A stretch of 64,000 nt of DNA from Gammaproteobacteria bacterium (GTDB taxonomy: Bacteria; Pseudomonadota; Gammaproteobacteria; GCA-002705445; GCA-002716945): contig PBCF01000002.1 in assembly GCA_002716945.1 (NCBI GenBank), positions 482,374-546,373 on the forward strand, given 5' to 3'. A model generated the notes under the pieces. That model searched no databases, was not told the origin of the DNA, and saw only the letters and a list, made by a program, of their open reading frames with translations. The number at the start of each line of letters is the position of its first letter. The first letter of the stretch is position 1. Positions 42,393 to 53,249 of the stretch are shown in pieces. Both the position numbers and the translations under genes were made by a program.

Positions 42393-43279
42393 GTTTTTAA
42401 AATTTCAATAATCAACTCTGTAAAATTTAATCCTTTTTTTTTGGCAGACATAGGCACAAGACTATGACTCGTCATTCCTGGTATAGTATTAACTTCAATC
42501 AAACTAATATCTTTGTTTTTATCAATAAAGAAATCTACTCTACCCCAACCTTTACAACCTAAAACCTGAAAAGCTTTCAAACATGTTAATTCTATTTCTT
42601 TCAACATATCCGGATCAAATGTAGGAAAAGTAAAACTTGTATCTTCGTCTACGTATTTAGCTTGATAATCATAAAATTCTCGTTTGGTTTCAATTTTTAT
42701 TATTGGATAGACGATGTCTCCAATTATGGGGGCAGTATATTCAGATCCTTCTATATATTCTTCTACAAAATAATCTCCAACATTCTTAGATGATTGAAAA
42801 TTGAGTAAATTTTGTTTGTTCGTGATAATTTCTATTCCTACACTTGAGCCAGATTTATCAGGTTTTAATATACATTTATTATTTTTTTCAAAGAATTCAA
42901 TTAGCTCAGTAACTGAATAATCTGGTGTTTTTAAGCCATTATTTAACCATTTTTGCTTAGTCATAACTTTAGAGAAGGAAAGTTTTGATGATTGAGAGTT
43001 TGAGCCAATATAATTGATATTTAAGCTATCTAACCAAGATTGTATAGTTCCATCTTCACCTCCTGTTCCATGAATAAGGTTAAATATTATATCAATTGAA
43101 AATTTCTGTACAAAATCTACCAATTCGGATTGATCTTTTTTTAAGTTACATAAAAAAACCGTGTAACCTTCTTGATGCAAATTATCATATACAGCTTTAC
43201 CACTTTCTAAAGAAATTAATCTTTCTTCGGACCATCCCCCGGATAGAATTCCAATATTTTTATTATTTAAATCAGTCAT
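42389..43279 (-). CDS. ddl: D-alanine--D-alanine ligase
   Basis: GGWSEER.ISL.SG, HGTGGEDG, GSSVG, GRVDF, EVNTIPGMT. Confidence 0.95.
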   Translation of the reverse strand: MTDLNNKNIGILSGGWSEERLISLESGKAVYDNLHQEGYTVFLCNLKKDQSELVDFVQKFSIDIIFNLIHGTGGEDGTIQSWLDSLNINYIGSNSQSSKLSFSKVMTKQKWLNNGLKTPDYSVTELIEFFEKNNKCILKPDKSGSSVGIEIITNKQNLLNFQSSKNVGDYFVEEYIEGSEYTAPIIGDIVYPIIKIETKREFYDYQAKYVDEDTSFTFPTFDPDMLKEIELTCLKAFQVLGCKGWGRVDFFIDKNKDISLIEVNTIPGMTSHSLVPMSAKKKGLNFTELIIEILKT

Positions 43280-43284
43280 TGTTA

Positions 43285-44133
43285 TCAGATAATTCTAATT
43301 TCTTTCTCTAATGTTATACCACACTCTTTTTTTATTTTCTTTTTAACTAAATCTATTAACGCTTCAAGTTCACTACATTTACCTGTCCCATCGTTAATAA
43401 AATAGTTAGAATGTTTTTTTGAAATATAAATACCACCAATTTTAAATGACTTTAATCCAGCTCTTTCTATTAAATTACTTGCTGAGACATGGCTGGAGGG
43501 GTTTTTGAAAATACACCCCGATGACCATTGATTTACAGGTTGACTAGACTTTCTTTGTTGCGCATATTCTAGTAATATTTTTTTATTAAAGACGCTAGAT
43601 TGTCTATATTTGAATGTTGCTTCTATAAAATAAGAATTAGAAGGTGAAAAAGTTTTCCTATATGAGGTTTTAATATCATTGCGTTCATAAGTTTTTATTT
43701 TTCCATACTTGTTTATCATTTTAAATTCTTTAATTTTATCCCATATCTCATTTTTGAATGCACCAGCATTCATAAACATAGAGCCTCCTATAGTTCCAGG
43801 AATACCATGGAGGAATTCAAATCCATTTATCTTATTTTTAAAGAGGAATTTTGCAATTTTTGAACAAGTTACTCCGGCTCCAACTTTTATAAAATTATTT
43901 TCAATAGTTATTCTATTTTTTTCAAACTCATTTAAAATAATTACATGACCATTAAAATTAGTGTCTTTGAAAGCAATATTGGATCCATTACCTATAACAA
44001 TAAAATTTGTTTTGATATTTTTAAGAATATTTTGCAGATCACTAGTATCTTTAGGAAAATAGATTTTTTTTGCAATACCTCCTAAATGAATGGTATTAAA
44101 TTTGGATAGTGGTGAGTTATTTAAAATTTTCAT
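43285..44133 (-). CDS. murB: UDP-N-acetylmuramate dehydrogenase
   Basis: IGNGSN, GIPGTIGG..MNAGA, YR, GCIFKNP, KHSNY, LEKE. Confidence 0.95.
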   Translation of the reverse strand: MKILNNSPLSKFNTIHLGGIAKKIYFPKDTSDLQNILKNIKTNFIVIGNGSNIAFKDTNFNGHVIILNEFEKNRITIENNFIKVGAGVTCSKIAKFLFKNKINGFEFLHGIPGTIGGSMFMNAGAFKNEIWDKIKEFKMINKYGKIKTYERNDIKTSYRKTFSPSNSYFIEATFKYRQSSVFNKKILLEYAQQRKSSQPVNQWSSGCIFKNPSSHVSASNLIERAGLKSFKIGGIYISKKHSNYFINDGTGKCSELEALIDLVKKKIKKECGITLEKEIRII

Positions 44134-44143
44134 TTTTTATAAA

Positions 44144-45226
44144 TTAAATATATTTTAATATTTCTAATTCTTTAGTAATAATATTTATTGGATGTTTTGG
44201 AAAAATATCTTGAATATTTTTAGACAGCATATATAAACGTTTTCTATCATTCAGTAATAAATTTAAAATATTTACAAATTCTTCTATAAACGAGTCACTT
44301 TGTTCTATTAGAATTGCTGCTGCACTATCAGCTAAATATTGAGCATTTTTTAATTGATGTTTATCTGTAGCAAATGGAAATGGAATAAGAATTGCAGCTT
44401 TGCCAATAGCCGATAATTCAGAAATTGAGGTTGATCCGGATCTGCAAATTACAATATCTGCCCAATCATAAAATTTTTCAATATTTTCTACATACCCTTC
44501 CACCGAAACATTCAGATCATATTGCTTGTATCTATTTATAGTATCTTCTTTATTTTTTTCTCCAGATATATGACGAATTGACAAATTTGTAACATCAAAA
44601 TGTGAAAATCCAAAGGGTAAAACTTTATTAAAAAATTGTGCCCCTTGACTGCCACCTAAAACCAAAATATTAATCATTGTAGATTCTGATAGATATTTTT
44701 TTTCAGGCTTTTCTAAAGAATAGAATATTTTTCTAACAAAATTTCCAGAGTGAATGATTTTAGAGTTAATTTTGTTAAAACTAAGAGGAAATGTTTCAAA
44801 TACTTTTTTACAAAAATAATAATTTATTTTATTGGCAGTGCCTGCTATTGAATTTTGTTCAAGTAAAAAAGATGGAATATTTAATAAAAATGCTGAAATA
44901 GTGACGGGTGTACTAACAAATCCACCAAATCCAAAAACAAATTTAGGTTGATATTTTCTTAGCAATTTAAATGACTGATAAATAGATTGAAATAAAAAAA
45001 TAATTCCTAGAATTTTTTGTAGTATACTTTGACCTCTAAATGCCTTAGCATTGATTTTTTCAAGAGTTATAGATTTTTCTTTAATTATTTTATTTTCTAA
45101 TCCTTCAGAAGTTCCAAACCAAATAATTTTATATCCTTTTCTAATAAATTCTTGAGATAAAGTATATGCAGGGTAGACATGTCCTCCTGTTCCACTTGCT
45201 AATATACCAATATAACGTTCTGACAT
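44144..45226 (-). CDS. murG: Undecaprenyl-PP-MurNAc-pentapeptide GlcNAc transferase
   Basis: GTGGHVYP, GFGGFVS, EQN..AG, GGSQGA, RSG, HQ..NA. Confidence 0.95.
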   Translation of the reverse strand: MSERYIGILASGTGGHVYPAYTLSQEFIRKGYKIIWFGTSEGLENKIIKEKSITLEKINAKAFRGQSILQKILGIIFLFQSIYQSFKLLRKYQPKFVFGFGGFVSTPVTISAFLLNIPSFLLEQNSIAGTANKINYYFCKKVFETFPLSFNKINSKIIHSGNFVRKIFYSLEKPEKKYLSESTMINILVLGGSQGAQFFNKVLPFGFSHFDVTNLSIRHISGEKNKEDTINRYKQYDLNVSVEGYVENIEKFYDWADIVICRSGSTSISELSAIGKAAILIPFPFATDKHQLKNAQYLADSAAAILIEQSDSFIEEFVNILNLLLNDRKRLYMLSKNIQDIFPKHPINIITKELEILKYI

Positions 45227-46386
45227 TAATAACCTCTTTGCACTGCCTGACTAATTTTTTGTTTATTTTCAATTTGTATTCTTATCAATATTCCAATACA
45301 CATAAAAATACATAAAAGATTGGTTCCACCATAACTAATTAATGGAAGTCCCATACCTTTTGTTGGAGCTAGACCTATATTTACCATCATATGTATTATG
45401 ACTTGAAATGTAATTAAAAGCCCTATCATATTAGCTAAAAATGAGCCGAATAATAATCCATTATCAGCAGATTTATGAGCCAATATAAATATCCTCATTA
45501 TCATAATTATATAGGTGAGTATTACCAATATAACAAAAAGCAGTCCTAATTCTTCAGCAATTACCGCAAAAATAAAATCATTATATGCTTCTGGCAAATA
45601 ATTTAATTTTTGTATGCTTGATCCTAAACCAAGTCCAAACAACCCTCCAGAACTAAATGCCAATTCTGATGCAATCAATTGATATCCTGCTCCGGAAGAA
45701 TCTTGCCAAGGATCAATAAAACTCATAATTCTTCTAAATCGGTATGGTGTTAATATTACAAGTAATGCTATTGGTATAATTAAGATTATTGCTGTTGAAA
45801 ACCATTTTTTAAAATTCACACCACCTAATAACATAAGAGAGAAAAATGTCAGTATTAGTAAAAACATGCTACCAAAATCTCTTTGTAAAATTATGATAGA
45901 TGATAAAAGTAAAATTATGATTACAGATTTATAAAAAATTTCATCAATATTATTTCGGAGTATATAACTAGATACCCAAATCAAAATGAATAACCTTGAA
46001 ACCTCAGATACTTGAACAGTTATTATTCCAAGATTTATCCATCTACGAGCTCCTTTGGCTTCAAATCCAAGTCCAGGAATAAAAACTAAAATACAAAAAA
46101 TGAAAGCTAATACTAAAAATAACTTGCTATAGTCCTGATAAAATTTCAATTTAATTTGGGATGTTATATACACAGTAAAAATACCCAGAACAAGGTATAT
46201 TGAGTGTTTGATTGTAAAATGAAATGGATTGTTTAGTTTTTGATATGCTTGATCCAATGTAGCGGATGTTATCATTACCAAGCCAATAGATAAAAGTATA
46301 ATTACACAAGTTACAAAAGTTTTATCTACTCCAAGGCCATCAGTAATGATTAATAACTTTTTTATACGTTCACTGATCAAGATCAT
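45226..46386 (-). CDS. ftsW: Peptidoglycan polymerase FtsW (SEDS)
   Basis: GARRWI, QVSE, YRFRRI, GYQL, PEAYNDFIF, LPLISYGG. Confidence 0.94.
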   Translation of the reverse strand: MILISERIKKLLIITDGLGVDKTFVTCVIILLSIGLVMITSATLDQAYQKLNNPFHFTIKHSIYLVLGIFTVYITSQIKLKFYQDYSKLFLVLAFIFCILVFIPGLGFEAKGARRWINLGIITVQVSEVSRLFILIWVSSYILRNNIDEIFYKSVIIILLLSSIIILQRDFGSMFLLILTFFSLMLLGGVNFKKWFSTAIILIIPIALLVILTPYRFRRIMSFIDPWQDSSGAGYQLIASELAFSSGGLFGLGLGSSIQKLNYLPEAYNDFIFAVIAEELGLLFVILVILTYIIMIMRIFILAHKSADNGLLFGSFLANMIGLLITFQVIIHMMVNIGLAPTKGMGLPLISYGGTNLLCIFMCIGILIRIQIENKQKISQAVQRGY

Positions 46387-47704
46387 TTACTGCATCCATA
46401 AATGCAATTCCTCTTTCTTTGAAACTTTCAAACATATCAAAACTGGGGCTACCAGGAGATAATAATACAATATCATTGGCTATTGCATTGTTATATGATA
46501 TTTGAACAGATTCATTTATTGTATTACATATTATTCTTGGAGCCTTTGAGACAATTTGTTTGTTAATTGATTTTTTATTTTCCCCAAATAAGATTAGCAA
46601 TTTTACATGGTTATCAATATAAATATTCAATTTAGTATAATCTAGATTTTTTTTTGAACCCCCCATTATCAATATTATATTTTTCTTTAAATATTTTAAT
46701 GCTGTTATTGTTGAAAAAACATTTGTAGACTTTGAATCATTAAAATAACTTACATCATTAATCTTTTTTACTAATTGAATTCGATGAGGGAGATGATTAA
46801 ATTTTTTCAATATGTTTATACTTTTTTTAAAAAAATCATTTTTATCGTAAATATTTTTAGTAATTGAAAGCACAGCTAAAATATTATCTAAATTATGTAT
46901 ACCTCTATAATCGAATGAAGTATCCTCATAATATAATTTAGTTTTATCCATTCTCAAATCACGTACATGAGAATTATTTATATATATTTTATAAGAATTA
47001 CTCGTATTTGTATTTTCAAACCCATATTTTCTGATATTTGGAATATCTTTCATGTATTCTATAAGATTATTGTGACAAATATTAATCTTAGTACTATTAA
47101 AAATCTTTTTTTTTGTATTTAGGTAATTATCAAAATTATTATGTCTTTCGAGATGATCGTCTTGAATATTAGATATTAAACTTATATTACTATTTAAATT
47201 AGTCATATATTCTAACTGATAACTTGATAATTCTAAAATAATATAATTAAATTCTTCATCTAAAGTTAGAAATGGAGATATACCATTATTACCACAAGCT
47301 TTAGCCTTAATACCCAATCTATTTAATAAATATTCCAACATTGTGACAATGGTTGTTTTACCATTAGTGCCAGTTACTGAAATAATTTTACGTCGAGATA
47401 ATCTTTTAAATAAATCTATGTCAGTTATTATTGGAATTGATCTTTGATTTAGATCTTTTATTATTTCTTGATTAGAATCTAAACCAGGACTAATTATAGC
47501 TTCCTCTACATTATTCAAAAATTCTTTTTCATATTTTACAAATCTCATATCATGTTTATTTGATATGGCTATGATAGATTTATCAATGCAAGTAACATCT
47601 CTTGTATCAAAAATTTTAAATCGTATGTTATTTTTATGAAAGTAATCAATACATGATTGGCAGGTTTTACCCGTTCCAATAATCAATGTACATTTCTCAT
47701 CCAT
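46370..47704 (-). CDS. murD: UDP-MurNAc-L-Ala--D-glutamate ligase
   Basis: SPG, VTGTNGKTT, ELSSYQL, DHLERH, HR, NDSKSTN, SPG..SFD.F. Confidence 0.94.
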   Translation of the reverse strand: MDEKCTLIIGTGKTCQSCIDYFHKNNIRFKIFDTRDVTCIDKSIIAISNKHDMRFVKYEKEFLNNVEEAIISPGLDSNQEIIKDLNQRSIPIITDIDLFKRLSRRKIISVTGTNGKTTIVTMLEYLLNRLGIKAKACGNNGISPFLTLDEEFNYIILELSSYQLEYMTNLNSNISLISNIQDDHLERHNNFDNYLNTKKKIFNSTKINICHNNLIEYMKDIPNIRKYGFENTNTSNSYKIYINNSHVRDLRMDKTKLYYEDTSFDYRGIHNLDNILAVLSITKNIYDKNDFFKKSINILKKFNHLPHRIQLVKKINDVSYFNDSKSTNVFSTITALKYLKKNIILIMGGSKKNLDYTKLNIYIDNHVKLLILFGENKKSINKQIVSKAPRIICNTINESVQISYNNAIANDIVLLSPGSPSFDMFESFKERGIAFMDAVNDLDQ

Positions 47705-47705
47705 A

Positions 47706-48791
47706 TTATCTAATCTTTAAGGATGCCAAAGCAATTAAGACCAATATAAAGGTTATTATCCAAAATCGAACTATAATTTTTGGTTCTGCCCATCCACTCA
47801 ATTCAAAATGATGGTGTAATGGTGACATTTTAAAAATACGTTTTTTAGTTCGCTTAAAATATAAAACTTGTATAATTACAGATAGGACTTCAGCTATAAA
47901 TACTCCACTCATAATAGCGAATGCTATTTCTTGTCTCAGTAAGATTGCCATTGTTCCCAAAACAGCTCCTAATGATAGTGATCCAACATCGCCCATAAAG
48001 ATCTCAGCAGGATATGAGTTGTACCATAGAAATCCTAGTCCCGAACCTACAATTGCACCTGCAAAGATTGAGATCTCAGATGCATCTTTTAGATAAGGGA
48101 TTAAAAGATAGTTAGCAATATTAATATTTCCTTGTACGTATGCAAATACAACAAATGCTGCTGCTATTAATATACATGGAAGAATTGCTAAGCCATCTAA
48201 TCCATCCGTCAAGTTAACAGCATTACTTGATCCAACTATAATAAATATACACCAAGGTATAAAAAGAATTCCCATGAAAAAAGAGAAGTCTTTGAAGAAA
48301 GGTAATATTAATGTTAGTTCTGTTACATCTAAATAATTTATATATAAATAAATAATTGCTAATGCAGAAAAGAAGATTTGTAAGAAAAATTTATTTTTAC
48401 CTTTAATCCCATCGCTAGATGATTGAATATATTTTTTATAATCATCATAAAAACCAATAATACCAAATGTAGTTAAAATAAATAATAGTATCCAAATATA
48501 TCTATTATTGAGTTCAGACCAAAGTAAAGTTGTTAAAATAATTGAAATAATAATTACCAAACCTCCCATTGATGGTGTTTTTGATTTTTCTGTAATATGT
48601 GATTGAGGTCCATCTTGTCTAATTGATTGATAAAGTTTTTTATTATTAAGCCAACGCATTAATAATGAAGTCATGATGAGAGACATAAATAGACCAGTTA
48701 ATGCTGCTAAAACAATTCTAAGACTCAAATACTGGAAAACATTAAAGCCAGAATAATATTGAGCAAGATAATCAAAAATATAAAGTAACAT
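47706..48791 (-). CDS. mraY: Phospho-MurNAc-pentapeptide transferase
   Basis: TPSMGG, DDY.K, NAVNLTDGLDGLA, FMGDVGS, PLHHHFE. Confidence 0.97.
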   Translation of the reverse strand: MLLYIFDYLAQYYSGFNVFQYLSLRIVLAALTGLFMSLIMTSLLMRWLNNKKLYQSIRQDGPQSHITEKSKTPSMGGLVIIISIILTTLLWSELNNRYIWILLFILTTFGIIGFYDDYKKYIQSSSDGIKGKNKFFLQIFFSALAIIYLYINYLDVTELTLILPFFKDFSFFMGILFIPWCIFIIVGSSNAVNLTDGLDGLAILPCILIAAAFVVFAYVQGNINIANYLLIPYLKDASEISIFAGAIVGSGLGFLWYNSYPAEIFMGDVGSLSLGAVLGTMAILLRQEIAFAIMSGVFIAEVLSVIIQVLYFKRTKKRIFKMSPLHHHFELSGWAEPKIIVRFWIITFILVLIALASLKIR

Positions 48792-48797
48792 AATTTA

Positions 48798-50135
48798 TTA
48801 TTTATTCTCTGTGTTTATCAATTGCATGACTATATCTTCAAATTTCATAAAACGCGAAGCTTTCACTAAGATATTAACATCTTTATGTAATTTTGTTCTA
48901 ATAAACTCAACAAGTGAATGTTTATCATCAAAACAGTGAACATTATTTCCGAAGGTTTCCTTAACAATTTTTTCAAATTGACCAATATAAAATAACTTTT
49001 CAATCCTAAGTTGTTTCGCATATTTAACAACATCTTGATGAAATTTTTCTGATTCAGATCCAAGTTCACCCATATCACCCATAACAAACCAGTGATTACC
49101 CGCCATTGACGATAAAGAATCTAGAGATCTTTTCATTGAAGAAGGATTTGCATTATAACTATCATCAATAATTATTGAGTTCTTGATTCCATCATACAGA
49201 TAAAATCTTCCTTTTATGCCTTTATAGTTAGTATAACCATCAACTATATTTTGTATAGATGCTCCAGCTTGATGAGAACACGCTACAGCGATAAGAATAT
49301 TTTCTATAAATTTTATATGGTTATCTTTAAGTAATAACTGTAACAATTGATTATTTGGTAATTTTATATTTAGTTCATTTCCAATAATACTTTTTATGGA
49401 GTAATCAGCATTATTTTTTATAGAAATTGTTACTAGATTATGATTATTTACAATTTTTTTCCATCTAAGAAAATTTTTATCATCTTTGTTTAAAATAACT
49501 GTTTTAGAAAAACCTTGATCAATTAATATTTCTTCTTTGGTTAGTAAAATATTTTCAAAACTACCAAAACTTTCTATATGAGCTGCCGAGACATTGAGAA
49601 GAGTTACAATTTTAGGATTAACAATTTCACACAAATACTTTATATCATCTTTAACACTTGCTCCCATTTCTAATACGCAATATTTATGATTTGTATTTAA
49701 TTTAAAAATAGATAATGGAACGCCAATATGATTATTAAAATTACCATAATTAGTTAATGCATTCTTATTTTCATTTAATATAGAATGAATTAATTTTGTT
49801 ACTGAAGTTTTACCATTAGTCCCAGTAACTGCAATTGATAATGGGTTCAACTGATTTATGTGTTGCTGTGCAATTTTTCCTAATGCTATCATTGTATTTT
49901 TGACAACAAGCTGAGGTATGTTATCAATTTTTCTTTCTGAGATGATTGCAGATGCACCTTTTGAAATTGCATTATTGATATAATTATGTCCATCGAAATT
50001 ATATCCTTTGATAGCAATAAAAAGATTTCCTGATTCTATTGTTCTTGAATCAATAGATATACCATCAAACTGAGAATCTGAATTAATTAATTCAGCATCT
50101 AATAACTTTTTAAGTTTAGATAAAGAAGATTTCAT
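48798..50135 (-). CDS. murF: UDP-MurNAc-tripeptide--D-Ala-D-Ala ligase
   Basis: TGTNGKTS, NFNNHIGVP, EMGAS, DDSYNANP, GDMGELG, KASR. Confidence 0.95.
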   Translation of the reverse strand: MKSSLSKLKKLLDAELINSDSQFDGISIDSRTIESGNLFIAIKGYNFDGHNYINNAISKGASAIISERKIDNIPQLVVKNTMIALGKIAQQHINQLNPLSIAVTGTNGKTSVTKLIHSILNENKNALTNYGNFNNHIGVPLSIFKLNTNHKYCVLEMGASVKDDIKYLCEIVNPKIVTLLNVSAAHIESFGSFENILLTKEEILIDQGFSKTVILNKDDKNFLRWKKIVNNHNLVTISIKNNADYSIKSIIGNELNIKLPNNQLLQLLLKDNHIKFIENILIAVACSHQAGASIQNIVDGYTNYKGIKGRFYLYDGIKNSIIIDDSYNANPSSMKRSLDSLSSMAGNHWFVMGDMGELGSESEKFHQDVVKYAKQLRIEKLFYIGQFEKIVKETFGNNVHCFDDKHSLVEFIRTKLHKDVNILVKASRFMKFEDIVMQLINTENK

Positions 50136-51529
50136 TTCAAACCTGAATTTAGTATTTTAAAATCATTATGGAGAATATTGCGATTCTTGTACACAATATT
50201 CTTTTCATTACCTTTGCCAGCAATAACAATAAAATCATCCTTGCGGGCTAATGATATAGCTTTATAAATAGCTTTTTTTCTAGATGGAATAACAAAAACT
50301 TTTTTTTCATTTTCTATCCCTTTTTTAATATCATTTAATATTTTCTTAGGATTTTCAGTACGTGGATTATCATCAGTTAAAATAATATAATCAGAAAAGT
50401 TAGATGAGATTTTCCCCATCTCTTTTCTTTTCCAAACATCTCTATCACCACCACACCCAAAAATAGTAATAATTTTACCAGGTTTTAGTGATGAATATTT
50501 ACTAATCTCTTTTAACAGCATTAATAATGAACTAGGAGTATGAGCGTAATCAATTATATAAGTGCCTTTGTTATTAGTTTGTATAAAATGATTTCTGCCA
50601 TTAATGGTTTTCAATTTATTAAATATCTTGAAGATTAATTTAAATGATAATTTATAAATTTTAAGAATTTCGAATGCCACTCTTAAATTATATAAATTTG
50701 AAATTGTAGTAGGTATTTTAATTTTATTTAAATCTATTTCAATATCTGAATTATAGAAATGTCTTTTAGCCTTAGAAGTAATTAATTTCAAATTTTTCAT
50801 ACTTCTAGAACAATCCGCATTAATAAAAATATGTCTTGTTGACATATTCATTAGTCTCATTTTTGCTTTTACATAATTTTGTATCGATTTATGATAATCT
50901 ATATGATCTTGATTAATATTAGTAAGAATTCCTATATCAAATTTTATATTAACTAATCTATCTTGTTCTAATCCTTGTGATGAACATTCAATTAATATTT
51001 TATCAACATGATTTTTTCTAAAATAATTAAAATATTTATATAAGATATCTATTCTTGGGGTTGTATAGTTAGTTGAGTCTAACTTTGGATATATGCCATT
51101 TCCTTCACTAGATATAATTCCTAATTTTTCACCTGTTAACGAGAAACATTGTGCAAGAATATGTAACTGAGAAGTTTTTCCATCTGTACCAGTCACCCCT
51201 ATTATAGGAATTTTCTTCAGAGGTTCATCATAGATACAATTCAAAAAGTTATTATAATTTAACCCAATTTCTTTGATATATAAAATAGGTATATTTCTTA
51301 ATGTATCTAATAATTCTATTTTTGTATCTGTAATTATTGCTTTTGCACCATTTTTGATTGCTTCACATACATATTTAACTTTAACTTTTTTGTCTGTTTT
51401 TATAGATACAAAGACTTTTCCTCTACAATTATTCTTGCTGTGAAAAACAAACATATTATCTAATTTTTTTTTATATAATTTGTTCTCTTGGAGAAATTCA
51501 ATTACTTTTAGAAATATTCTGTCTTTCAT
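50132..51529 (-). CDS. murE: UDP-MurNAc-dipeptide--meso-DAP ligase
   Basis: VTGTDGKTS, TTP, E.SS, DHIDYH, DYAHTP, GCGGDRD, DNPR (meso-DAP specificity). Confidence 0.92.
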   Translation of the reverse strand: MKDRIFLKVIEFLQENKLYKKKLDNMFVFHSKNNCRGKVFVSIKTDKKVKVKYVCEAIKNGAKAIITDTKIELLDTLRNIPILYIKEIGLNYNNFLNCIYDEPLKKIPIIGVTGTDGKTSQLHILAQCFSLTGEKLGIISSEGNGIYPKLDSTNYTTPRIDILYKYFNYFRKNHVDKILIECSSQGLEQDRLVNIKFDIGILTNINQDHIDYHKSIQNYVKAKMRLMNMSTRHIFINADCSRSMKNLKLITSKAKRHFYNSDIEIDLNKIKIPTTISNLYNLRVAFEILKIYKLSFKLIFKIFNKLKTINGRNHFIQTNNKGTYIIDYAHTPSSLLMLLKEISKYSSLKPGKIITIFGCGGDRDVWKRKEMGKISSNFSDYIILTDDNPRTENPKKILNDIKKGIENEKKVFVIPSRKKAIYKAISLARKDDFIVIAGKGNEKNIVYKNRNILHNDFKILNSGLK

Positions 51530-53249
51530 GCTTATCCGGATAAACTTGTAATAAATTTAATGTATGTCCCATAAACTCTTTAAATATTGGAGCGGCGTTC
51601 TTTCCTCCACTAGGTTCAGATACTTTTGGGTTTCTTAGAATAATAACCGAAACAAATTCAGGTTTAGATGCAGGTACAATTCCTACAAACAATACTACAT
51701 ATTTATTATCACTGTATTTGCCGTTCTCAATCATCTTGGCTGTTCCTGTTTTTCCTGCTACTGAATATTTTTCTAATCGTGCTTTTTTAGCCGTCCCATC
51801 ATTAGATACAACATTTGTCATCATTTTTATGATGTTTTTTGAAAGTTCTTTATCTAAAATTTTTTTCTTATGTATTTTATCATTATCTAAATGTTTGAGA
51901 TATGTAAGTTCAATATAATTTCCATAGTTAGCTAAAATTGCATACGCATTTGCAAGATGTAATAAGGTCATATCTAGTCCATAACCATAACTAATGGATG
52001 CATGTTCACTTTTTTCCCAACTTTTATAATGATGTAAATTTCCTTTCTGCTCTCCTGGCAAACCTATGTATAATGACTTGCCAAACTGCAGTTTTTCAAG
52101 ATTATCTGAAATATGTTTTTTATCTAATCCTAAGGCAACTAAAGCTGCACCTACATTGCTTGATTTAGTAATTATTCCTTTTAAGTCTAATTTACCTAAA
52201 TATTTATAATCTTTGATGGTATGTCCGTTAATTTCTAAGAATCCAGGTGCAGTATCAATAACTGAATAATTATCAAAATTTCCAGATTCTAGTGCGGTGT
52301 ATATTATAAATGGCTTCATTGTAGAACCAGGTTCAATAATATCAGTTACAACTTTATTTTTTATTTTTTCACCTTTCATCTCACTTCTATTAGATGGATT
52401 AAAGGATGGATAATTGACCATTGTTATAATTTCGCCAGTAGTATTTTTAATTAATACAAGTGACGCGCTATCTGCATTTGTTTTTTTGACATGTTTCTTT
52501 AAAGTATTATATGCATGTAATTGGATGTATTTATCTAAACTCAAATGTATATCTTGACCAAGTTTTGGAGGTTTAACAATTTCAATAGTTTCAATTTGTC
52601 TGCCAAAATTATCTTTTTTAATTTTTTTTAATCCTTTTATTGGGGTTAAAAGATTATTGTTGGCATATTCTATTCCTTCTTGACCGATATCATCTATATT
52701 AGTAAATCCTATTATATTTGAGAAATAACGACCACCAGGGTATGTTCTATGATACTCGTCTATGAAATAAATTGATGGTAGATTTAATTTTCTAATTTTT
52801 GTAACAATAGAATCTGGTAGTTTTCTTTTTAAATAATATTCTTTTTTGTTTTTATTTATAGTAAATATTTTTTTAAATTTATCTTTTTTTATATTTAATA
52901 AAACTAAAAGAGGTTCATATACTTTTAGATCAATATTTTTTTGTTGATTTATTTCTGAAAAATTAATACATAAAGTTTGTCTAGGTAGACTCATTGCTAA
53001 TATTTCACCATTTCTATCATATATAAAGCCTCTAAAAGTATTTATAGAGCGAAGTTGTGTTTGTCTTTTATTGGCTAGTTTGCTTAGATTAGATTTACAA
53101 AACTTTTGATTCAAAATAAAACAATCTGTATCAAATCCTTGCAAAAGAATTGTTCTGGATAAAATTAAAACAAAGAATATGGAGACAATAGCGTATACAG
53201 TGTATTGCCTCCAAAGGTTATGTTTTTCGTTATTTTTTTGTTTAGTCAG
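51498..53249 (-). CDS. ftsI: Penicillin-binding protein 3 (FtsI), probable CTG start
   Basis: RGFIYDRNG, STMK (SxxK), SSN (SxN), KTG. The frame stays open 35 codons upstream of the track's TTG and encodes the TM anchor. The first plausible start after the in-frame stop (53259-61) is CTG 53249. Identity is near certain, the start less so. Confidence 0.88.
   Translation of the reverse strand: MTKQKNNEKHNLWRQYTVYAIVSIFFVLILSRTILLQGFDTDCFILNQKFCKSNLSKLANKRQTQLRSINTFRGFIYDRNGEILAMSLPRQTLCINFSEINQQKNIDLKVYEPLLVLLNIKKDKFKKIFTINKNKKEYYLKRKLPDSIVTKIRKLNLPSIYFIDEYHRTYPGGRYFSNIIGFTNIDDIGQEGIEYANNNLLTPIKGLKKIKKDNFGRQIETIEIVKPPKLGQDIHLSLDKYIQLHAYNTLKKHVKKTNADSASLVLIKNTTGEIITMVNYPSFNPSNRSEMKGEKIKNKVVTDIIEPGSTMKPFIIYTALESGNFDNYSVIDTAPGFLEINGHTIKDYKYLGKLDLKGIITKSSNVGAALVALGLDKKHISDNLEKLQFGKSLYIGLPGEQKGNLHHYKSWEKSEHASISYGYGLDMTLLHLANAYAILANYGNYIELTYLKHLDNDKIHKKKILDKELSKNIIKMMTNVVSNDGTAKKARLEKYSVAGKTGTAKMIENGKYSDNKYVVLFVGIVPASKPEFVSVIILRNPKVSEPSGGKNAAPIFKEFMGHTLNLLQVYPDKHERQNISKSN

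Noticed and set aside
51498-53144. TTG start for ftsI as given by the ORF track
   Set aside because: It would delete the TM anchor that is encoded in frame immediately upstream
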